A DNA stretch of 37,651 nt from Candidatus Limnocylindria bacterium (GTDB taxonomy: Bacteria > Chloroflexota > Limnocylindria > QHBO01). The notes below the pieces were generated by a model, which searched no databases, was not told the origin of the DNA, and worked only from the letters and a program-made list of their open reading frames with translations. This document shows, in pieces, positions 25,148 through 32,080 of the stretch. The position numbers were made by a program, and so were the translations under genes. Where the stretch lies: the NCBI GenBank assembly GCA_036261425.1, contig DATAKU010000123.1, positions 1-37,651 on the forward strand. The letters run 5' to 3'. Numbering within the stretch: position 1 is the first letter of the stretch; each line of letters begins with the position of its first letter.

Positions 25148-25687
25148 ATGGAAGAGCGAACACTGGCCACCACCCGTCCCTGGACCGGCCGTCGCATCCG
25201 GGTCCGGGTGGACGACGTGCAGCGCAGCGACGGCCACCGCACGACGCGCGAGATCGTGGAGCATCCCGGGGCGGTGGCGATCCTCGCCTGGGACGGCGAG
25301 CGCCTGGCGATGGTCCGCCAGTGGCGACACGCGACCGGCAGCACCCTGCTCGAGATCCCCGCCGGCACGCTCGAAGCGGACGAGCCCCCGATGGAGACCG
25401 CCCGCCGCGAGCTGGCGGAGGAGGTCGGCCTGGCGGCGCGCACCTGGGTGGACGGTCCGCGCTTCTGGACCGCGCCGGGCTTCTGCGACGAGCTCATGCA
25501 CCTGTACCTCGCCACCGACCTCGAGGCCGGCGGCGCCGAGGCCGATGCCGACGAGCTGCTCGAGCCGTCGTGGATGACGCTGGCCGAGGCAGTCGACGCC
25601 ATCGACGACGGGAGCATCGCCGACGCCAAGACGATCGTGGGCATCCTGTGGCTGGCACGGCGGTTGCGTTTTCCCGAGCCCGCATGA
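25148..25687 (+). CDS. Nudix hydrolase, ADP-ribose pyrophosphatase-like, 179 aa
   Basis: Nudix box GTLEADEPPMETARRELAEEVGL (25364..25432). The N-terminal WTGRRIRVRVDDV..DG is typical of ADPRase-type Nudix proteins. An alternative ATG lies at 25070. Confidence 0.85.
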   Translation: MEERTLATTRPWTGRRIRVRVDDVQRSDGHRTTREIVEHPGAVAILAWDGERLAMVRQWRHATGSTLLEIPAGTLEADEPPMETARRELAEEVGLAARTWVDGPRFWTAPGFCDELMHLYLATDLEAGGAEADADELLEPSWMTLAEAVDAIDDGSIADAKTIVGILWLARRLRFPEPA

Positions 25688-26781
25688 TCGACACGCCCGA
25701 GCAGGACGACCCCCAGGCGCACGCCGAGGAGGCGGGCCTGCGCTACCTGACCGATACCGTTCCCGGCGTCACCCGCCGCCGGGCCGGCAAGGGCTGGGCG
25801 TACATCGGCCCGGACGGCGAGCGCATCACCGATCCGGACCGCATCGCCTGGATCCAGCGCCTCGCCATCCCACCGGCCTGGACCGATGTCTGGATCAGCC
25901 CCATCAAGCGCGGGCATCTGCAGGCCACCGGCCGGGACGCCCGCGGCCGCAAGCAGTACCGCTACCACCCTCGCTGGCGCGAGGTCCGCGACGAGGCCAA
26001 GTACGGCCGGTTGATCGACTTCGCGCGGGCGCTTCCCCGAATCCGCCGGCGGACGGAGCGCGACCTCCGGCGCCGCGGGCTTCCGCGCGAGAAGGTCCTG
26101 GCGCTGGTGATCCGCCTGCTGGAGGAGACCCTCATCCGCGTGGGCAACGACGAGTACGCCAAGGCGAACCGCAGCTTCGGCCTGTCGACGCTCAAGGACC
26201 GCCACGTGAAGGTCCGCGGCGAGCGGATCCACTTCCGGTTCACGGGCAAGCACGGCAAGGAGCACGAGATCGGCATCCGCGACCGGCGCCTCGCCCGCCT
26301 GGTGAAGCGCTGCCAGGAGATCCCCGGCCAGGAGCTGTTCCAGTACTACGACGCCGACGGCCAGCGCGTCGACGTCACCAGCGGCGACGTGAACGACTAC
26401 CTGCGCGAGATCAGCGGCACGGACTTCACGGCCAAGGACTTCCGGACCTGGGCGGGGACGGTGGCCGCCGCCATGGCGCTCCAGGAGTTCCTCGAGATCG
26501 ACGACGAGGCGGGACGCAAGAAGGCGATCGTGGCTGCGATCGAGGACGTGGCGCGCCAGCTGGGCAACACGCCGGCCGTGTGTCGCGCCGCGTACGTGCA
26601 TCCGCACCTGCTCGAGTCGTACCTCGACGGCACGATGGTCGACGCCCTGTCGGAGCGGGTGCGGGGCGTGGGACGCGGCGCCCACGCCCTGAGCCGCGAG
26701 GAGGCCGCCGTGCTGGGGCTGCTCCAGGCCCGGCTCGCCCGCGAGCGGCGTCGCCGGGGACGGTCGCAGGCCGCCGCTTAG
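25684..26781 (+). CDS. type IB DNA topoisomerase (bacterial poxvirus-like TopIB), 365 aa
   Basis: Blocks PPAWTDVWIS, GRDARGRKQYRYHP, IRVGNDEYAK.NRSFGLSTL, FRFTGKHGKEH, FTAKDFRTWAGT and the catalytic-Tyr block CRAAYVHP. The ATG overlaps the Nudix TGA (ATGA at 25684..25687). Confidence 0.9.
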   Translation: MIDTPEQDDPQAHAEEAGLRYLTDTVPGVTRRRAGKGWAYIGPDGERITDPDRIAWIQRLAIPPAWTDVWISPIKRGHLQATGRDARGRKQYRYHPRWREVRDEAKYGRLIDFARALPRIRRRTERDLRRRGLPREKVLALVIRLLEETLIRVGNDEYAKANRSFGLSTLKDRHVKVRGERIHFRFTGKHGKEHEIGIRDRRLARLVKRCQEIPGQELFQYYDADGQRVDVTSGDVNDYLREISGTDFTAKDFRTWAGTVAAAMALQEFLEIDDEAGRKKAIVAAIEDVARQLGNTPAVCRAAYVHPHLLESYLDGTMVDALSERVRGVGRGAHALSREEAAVLGLLQARLARERRRRGRSQAAA

Positions 26782-26787
26782 GGACGG

Positions 26788-27207
26788 TCAGGCGGCGTCG
26801 CCGAGCCGAGCCAGGGCCAGCTGGTAGTCGTCGTTGTCCGGCTTCAGGAAGACCGCCATGCGCAGGTGACGCCGCGCACCGCGCCGATCCCCCAGCCGCG
26901 CCCGCGACAGACCGAGGCCGAAGTGGGCGTAGTGCGCCAACGGGTCCCGCTCCACGATCGCGCCGAAGCGCTGGGCCGCCGAGGCGTGGTCGCCCTGGTT
27001 GAAGTAGGCCTGGCCGAGCGCCTCGAGGATGGAGGCCTTGCCCGGCTCCAGCGCCAGGGCTCGCTCCAGCAGCACTGCCGCGGCCCCGGGGTGGCGCTCG
27101 GCCAGCATGCGCGAGCCGCGCCGGAAGAGCTCGTAGGCGGACTCGCGCTCCTCCGGGGCGGGGCCCGGCTCGCGGGCGGCGTCGTCGGGGGGTGGCGGGA
27201 CCTGCAT
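26788..27207 (-). CDS. TPR-repeat protein, 139 aa
   Basis: TPR-like helical pairs (AAVLLERALALEPGKASILEALGQAYFNQGDHASAAQRFGAIVERDP..). The start lies 9 nt after the NAPRT stop. Confidence 0.72.
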   Translation of the reverse strand: MQVPPPPDDAAREPGPAPEERESAYELFRRGSRMLAERHPGAAAVLLERALALEPGKASILEALGQAYFNQGDHASAAQRFGAIVERDPLAHYAHFGLGLSRARLGDRRGARRHLRMAVFLKPDNDDYQLALARLGDAA

Positions 27208-27216
27208 CGGTCCAGC

Positions 27217-28260
27217 CTACCCGCGCAGGTCGATCCGCTCCAGTCGGGGATTCTCGGTCCGTCCGGGGATGCGACCGCGCTTCGCGACCGGCCTGCCGTC
27301 GATCTCCTTGAGATCGCCGGTGAAGTCGATCGGGCTGGCCTTGCTGATGGCGCTGCCGACGGCGAACGAGTCGACCGGCGCGCCGGCCGCCTTGAAGACG
27401 CCGATGCGGTCGACGTCGAGGCCGCCGGAGACGAGGATCTTCACGTGCCGATGGCCGGCCAGGTCCAGCCGCGCCCGGACCTCCTTCACCAGCTCCGGCG
27501 TCACGCGGCCGCGCTCCGATGGCGTGTCCAGGCGCACGCCGTACAGGCGGTCCCCCAGCGCGTCGGCGATGCGCAGCGACTCCTCCGCCTCGTCCTTGAA
27601 GGTGTCGACCAGCACGATGCGCGGCACGTCCGGGTCGATGTGCCGGTCGAACGCCTCCGCCGCCCGCAGGGTGTCGCCGAAGATGAGGATCAGGGCGTGC
27701 GGCATGGTGCCGGTCGGGTTCAGGCCTGCCAGCCGAGCCCCGGCCGGGGTCGAGGCGCCGACGCAGCCGCCGATGACGCTGGCGTAGTCGAGCTGGTCGG
27801 CCACGCTGGGGTGGACGTGCCTCGCCCCGAAGCCGACCACCGGGATCGGCGCCGCAGCGTCCACGATTCGTCGGGCGGCGGTCGCCCAGCCCGAGCCGGA
27901 GGCCAGGATGCCCAGGATGGCGGTCTCGTACAGGCCGAAGGCCGAGTAGCGGGCGGTGATCCGCATGACCACCTCCTTGGGCACGAACCGCGCGCCATCG
28001 TGGAGCGCCTCGACCACCGGCGCGTCGTCGCCGTCGATGTCGCCCAGGATCTCGCGGAGGTAGGCGAGCGCCTCGTCGGCGCCGCACAGGATGCCCTCGC
28101 CCCGCGGGAAGATCTCCATGGTGACGACCGGGTCCAGTCCCTCCGCGCCCAGGATGTGGCGCGCGCGCTGGAAGTAGACGTCGGCCGTCTCCCCGCTCAG
28201 CACGTCTGCCGCCGTCGGAAAGTGGGTCGTCGGCCGGCCAAGGGCCTCCTCGGTCGTCAT
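27217..28260 (-). CDS. nicotinate phosphoribosyltransferase (short, type II PRTase family), 347 aa
   Basis: ADVYFQRA.., GFGARHVHP, GTMPHALILIF, LVDTF.DE, GVRLDTPSERG and VSGGLD blocks. Trimmed from 28737 to the ATG at 28260, which overlaps the upstream TGA as ATGA. Confidence 0.8.
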   Translation of the reverse strand: MTTEEALGRPTTHFPTAADVLSGETADVYFQRARHILGAEGLDPVVTMEIFPRGEGILCGADEALAYLREILGDIDGDDAPVVEALHDGARFVPKEVVMRITARYSAFGLYETAILGILASGSGWATAARRIVDAAAPIPVVGFGARHVHPSVADQLDYASVIGGCVGASTPAGARLAGLNPTGTMPHALILIFGDTLRAAEAFDRHIDPDVPRIVLVDTFKDEAEESLRIADALGDRLYGVRLDTPSERGRVTPELVKEVRARLDLAGHRHVKILVSGGLDVDRIGVFKAAGAPVDSFAVGSAISKASPIDFTGDLKEIDGRPVAKRGRIPGRTENPRLERIDLRG

Positions 28261-30221
28261 GGCGCTGAAGTGTACGACGCGCGCCTGCGGTACAGGAGGA
28301 CGGCCAGCGCGACGAGGATCCCGACCACCAGCAGCGCGCTCGCGAGGCGGACGATCCCCCCGGTCTCGGCCGCGTCCAGGATTCGCTGCGCCTCGCTGAT
28401 GGCATCGACCGAGCCGCGAAGGTCGCCCTCGGAGAACCGGCCATTGGCCAGCGCCAGCTCCCGCTCCGGATCGGCTCCACCAATGAGGCCGATGCGCTCC
28501 AGCACGCTGCGCTCCGCGTTCACCTCGGCCAGGGTGTCGGCATACGCGTCGACGACCGCGCGCTCGGCCTGCAGCTCCGCCTGAGCCTCCGAGCCGCCGC
28601 CGAATGAGCGGTAGGCCTGCTGCAGACGCTCCGGCGCCGACAGCCCGACGCTGTCCAAGTCCGCGAGCAGCGCGTCGCGCTCCTCCAGCCAGGCGGTGGC
28701 CGCCTCGATCTGCTCGCGCGCGTCGTCGAAGCTCCACGCGGTCATCGCGCCACGGACGGGGTCGGGCGCGCCCCAGCTGCCGGCTCGCTCGACCAGCGAC
28801 GCGAACGCGTCCCGTGCCTCCGCCCGCGCGGCAAGCAGCGCAACGTCGGCCTCGGTCAGGACCCGCGCCGAGAAGGGCTCGGTGAGGTCCGCACCGCTCA
28901 CCGCCTCGAGGTGGTCGAGGAACGACCGGGTCGTGAGCGGCGCAGGCGGAGCGGCGACGCCGTCCGCCTCCGGCTCCGACTCCACGGTGGCCGCCTGGTA
29001 CGGCCCAACGCCGGCCGCCACCCGGGCAAGGACCTGCTGGATGGCCCCGGCGCCGACGCGAGCGGCCAGGTCATTGACGAACGCCCAGGACGCGGCGTAC
29101 CCGAAGGCCTCGCCGTCGGGCCCGGCGTTGGAGGACCAGCTGTCCAGCGGGAACCCGGCGGCCGCGTGCTCCTCTGCGGTGGCGGTCGGGTCGTAGGGCA
29201 ACGCCAGCTCCATGCGCTCGGCGACCGCCGCCGCGAAGTGGCTGGTCAGCCCCTCGCGCAGCCAGCGCGACTCCACGAAGGTGGGCGACAGCCACACGTG
29301 GGTGACCTGGTGGATCGCCGTGAACGGGGGCTGGTCGAATGCCACCAGGATCTCGGTGCCGCCCGCCTCGTCCTCGCCGAATCCGGACGCATCGGCCACC
29401 ACGGTCTCGGTCAGGATCATCCGTCCCAGGCGGGGATACGGCAGGCCCAGCTCCTCCTCGATGAGCGGCAGCGCCCCCTCGACCAGCGCCAGCGTCCGTT
29501 CGCCCCAGGCCGGATCGTCCTCGAAGGCGCGGACCTCCAGGTCGGCGGTCCCGCCCGCCAACGGCACGGCCGCGTTGAGGGTCACGTAGGAGGCTGGGCG
29601 GACGGCCGTCACCAGTGCCAGCCACTGCGCCGGGTCGGGGATCTCGCCGCTGACCAGCGCGCCGCCCTCGAGGGTGAGCGGATCGCCGTCGACCCGGGCC
29701 TCGTAGGCCTCGGGAAGCGTGACGCTCACCTCGCTGGAGGTTCCGAACCCCCAGGCCGGGAAGACGACCGCCGAGGGGCGGACGCGCAGCCCCGGGTCGT
29801 CGCCGTCGGGCAGGGCGTAGCTGAGGGTGAACGTGGCGGTCTCCTCGAAGCGGACGTCGTCGCGCAGCTCGACGGTGGCGACGTTGACCGGAGTGCCATT
29901 GGCGTCCTCTTCGGTCGCCACCGCGACCGCCAGCTCGCCCTCCTCGTCGGAGGCCGTGGCCTCCGTCGCCTGGTCGTGGACGGCCAGCTTCACCTCCTCG
30001 AAGACACTGAACTGGCCCTCCGGATCGGGGGTGGTGTTGGTGAAGCTGGCCTCCACGCTCACCTCGATCCGTCGATCGTCCGGCAGGACCTCGTAGGTCG
30101 CGCTGGTCTCCAGCGCGTATTCCTCGGCCGATCGCGCCGGTTCCGGCGCACGGCCCGGCCATGCCAGGGCCAGGACCGATGCGAGCGTGATGGCGGCGAG
30201 GGCACGTCGTCGCATCGGCAT
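28257..30221 (-). CDS. secreted, C-terminally membrane-anchored MA-clan (gluzincin)-like protein with HQxxH in place of HExxH, 654 aa
   Basis: Signal peptide MPMRRRALAAITLASVLALA. Motif IHQVTHVWLSPTFVESRWLREGLTSHF (His-Gln-x-x-His at 29298..29312). Helical Ala/Glu-rich C-terminal region and a terminal TM LASALLVVGILVALAVLLY. Confidence 0.5.
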   Translation of the reverse strand: MPMRRRALAAITLASVLALAWPGRAPEPARSAEEYALETSATYEVLPDDRRIEVSVEASFTNTTPDPEGQFSVFEEVKLAVHDQATEATASDEEGELAVAVATEEDANGTPVNVATVELRDDVRFEETATFTLSYALPDGDDPGLRVRPSAVVFPAWGFGTSSEVSVTLPEAYEARVDGDPLTLEGGALVSGEIPDPAQWLALVTAVRPASYVTLNAAVPLAGGTADLEVRAFEDDPAWGERTLALVEGALPLIEEELGLPYPRLGRMILTETVVADASGFGEDEAGGTEILVAFDQPPFTAIHQVTHVWLSPTFVESRWLREGLTSHFAAAVAERMELALPYDPTATAEEHAAAGFPLDSWSSNAGPDGEAFGYAASWAFVNDLAARVGAGAIQQVLARVAAGVGPYQAATVESEPEADGVAAPPAPLTTRSFLDHLEAVSGADLTEPFSARVLTEADVALLAARAEARDAFASLVERAGSWGAPDPVRGAMTAWSFDDAREQIEAATAWLEERDALLADLDSVGLSAPERLQQAYRSFGGGSEAQAELQAERAVVDAYADTLAEVNAERSVLERIGLIGGADPERELALANGRFSEGDLRGSVDAISEAQRILDAAETGGIVRLASALLVVGILVALAVLLYRRRASYTSAP

Positions 30222-30793
30222 CAGGCTCGGCCCAGGAGTCGGCTCAGCAGGCCGCGGCGACGGGCGCGCGGGATCGGTGGCTCCCAGGTCGGCATGGCGG
30301 CCTCCACCTCGGGTCGGTAGCGCTCCAGCAGCGGACGGTTGCGACCCTGACGGCCGCGCCAATCGGGCAGGACGCCCCGATCGGCCACCGCGTGCGCCGT
30401 CTCCTCCAGCAGGCGATCGGCGACGACCGCGACGCGCGTGAGGCCACGGCCGAGCTCGTCGCGGTCCACGCCGGAGCCGGGCAGCTCCGTCATGAGCATC
30501 GGCCGATCGTCATCGGTCAGGGCGAACTTCACGAACGCGTAGTCGAAGTTCGCGCGCAGCATGCGCACGACGGTGCGCTTGGGGATCTCCATGGCCTCGA
30601 GGCCATAGTACGCCCACAGCGAGATGCCGACGCCGTCCACCCAGGCCACGGTCACCCGCAGGTCGAAGCGGCGCTGTCCGTCCAGGATGACGTCCCGGCT
30701 CATGGCGCCGGACGCCGGCGCCCCAGCCGAGGCTACCACCTCCAGTCCCAGCTCGCCCAGCCACCGGTCGAGCGGCGGTGCCTCCGTCGTCAC
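30221..30793 (-). CDS. hypothetical cytoplasmic protein, YbjN-like (tentative), 190 aa
   Basis: The GTG at 30793 overlaps the glgC TGA (GTGA). RMLRANFDYAFVKFALTDDDRPMLMTELP resembles the YbjN-family core. Confidence 0.4.
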   Translation of the reverse strand: MTTEAPPLDRWLGELGLEVVASAGAPASGAMSRDVILDGQRRFDLRVTVAWVDGVGISLWAYYGLEAMEIPKRTVVRMLRANFDYAFVKFALTDDDRPMLMTELPGSGVDRDELGRGLTRVAVVADRLLEETAHAVADRGVLPDWRGRQGRNRPLLERYRPEVEAAMPTWEPPIPRARRRGLLSRLLGRA

Positions 30794-32058
30794 GACGCGG
30801 CGGGGCCGGCGTGGATCGTCTCGCCGGATCGGATCTGGCGGCGCCGCGCGAAGTCGCGCTCCACCACGCCGGGGTCGATCCGGCAATTTCGCCCGATCTC
30901 GACGCCGCGTGGGACGCGGGCCCGCTTGCCGACCAGCGTGATCCCGGCGTACAGGCGCTCCGGCTCGTCGACGTTCGGGCGCTGGTCATCGCCAGTTCCG
31001 ACGCGCGCGCGGGGGCCGATCCAGGCCTCCTTGTCGACGATGACGCGGTCCAGCACGGCGCCCTCCTCGATGACCGCGTCGAACATCACGATCGAGTCCC
31101 GCACCACCGCGCCGGCGCGCACCTGGACGCCGGGCGACAGGACGCTGTGCTCGACGGTCCCGTCGACCACGCAGCCGTGGCTGACCATGGAGCGCCCGAC
31201 GGTCGCCTGGGAGCCGATGCGCGCCGGCGGCCGCTCCTCGCTCCGCGTGTAGACCAGCCAGCCGAGGTCGTTGAGCTCGATGCCAGGGTCGTCGCGCAGG
31301 AGGTCCAGGCTCGTCTGCCAGTAGCTCTCGACGGTCCCCACGTCCTGCCAGTAGCCGCCGAACTCGTAGGCGAAGACGCGCCGCCCCTGGTCGACCATCC
31401 ACGGCAGCACGTCGCGCCCGAAGTCGATCCGGTCGGGGCTGAGCAGATCGCGCAGCATCGGCCAGCTGAAGACATAGACGCCCATGCTGACCAGGTTCGA
31501 GGGCGGATCGGCGGGCTTTTCGATGAAGGCGGTGACGCGTCCGTCCGGGGCCACGTCCAGGATGCCGAAGCGATGCGCCTCCTCGATCGGTACGCGACGA
31601 ACGGCGCAGGTGACGTCGGCGTCCTTCTCGCGGTGCAGGTCGATGAACGGCCGGTAATCCATCTTGTAGACGTGATCGCCGGCCAGGACCAGCACCAGTC
31701 CCGGGTCGCGATCGGCGATGAAGTCCAGGTTCTGCAGCACGGCGTCGGCGGTGCCGCGGTACCAGTCGCGAGCCCGGCCGCGGCCGATGTACGGCTGCAG
31801 CAGCGCCACGCCCCCACGACTCCGGTCGAGGTCCCACGGCCGCCCCACGCCAATGTGGTCGATGAGCGAGCGCGGCGCGTACTGGGTGAGGATCCCCACG
31901 TCGGTCAGGCCGGAGTTCACCGTGTTGCTCAGGGCGAAGTCGATGATCCGGTACTTGCCCCCGAACGGCACGCCCGGCTTTGCGCGGACCTGGGACAGGA
32001 TGCTCAGGCGCTCGCCCTCGCCCCCGGCGAGGATGAGCGTCAGGACGGAGCTGGGCAT
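30790..32058 (-). CDS. glgC: glucose-1-phosphate adenylyltransferase, 422 aa
   Basis: LILAGGEGERLSILSQVRAKPGVPFGGKYRIIDFALSN, WYRGTADAV, VLAGDHVYKMDY and a C-terminal left-handed beta-helix. Trimmed to the ATG at 32058 (MPSSVLTL). Confidence 0.93.
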   Translation of the reverse strand: MPSSVLTLILAGGEGERLSILSQVRAKPGVPFGGKYRIIDFALSNTVNSGLTDVGILTQYAPRSLIDHIGVGRPWDLDRSRGGVALLQPYIGRGRARDWYRGTADAVLQNLDFIADRDPGLVLVLAGDHVYKMDYRPFIDLHREKDADVTCAVRRVPIEEAHRFGILDVAPDGRVTAFIEKPADPPSNLVSMGVYVFSWPMLRDLLSPDRIDFGRDVLPWMVDQGRRVFAYEFGGYWQDVGTVESYWQTSLDLLRDDPGIELNDLGWLVYTRSEERPPARIGSQATVGRSMVSHGCVVDGTVEHSVLSPGVQVRAGAVVRDSIVMFDAVIEEGAVLDRVIVDKEAWIGPRARVGTGDDQRPNVDEPERLYAGITLVGKRARVPRGVEIGRNCRIDPGVVERDFARRRQIRSGETIHAGPAAS

Positions 32059-32080
32059 GGACCGATGCGGACGGCGGCCG

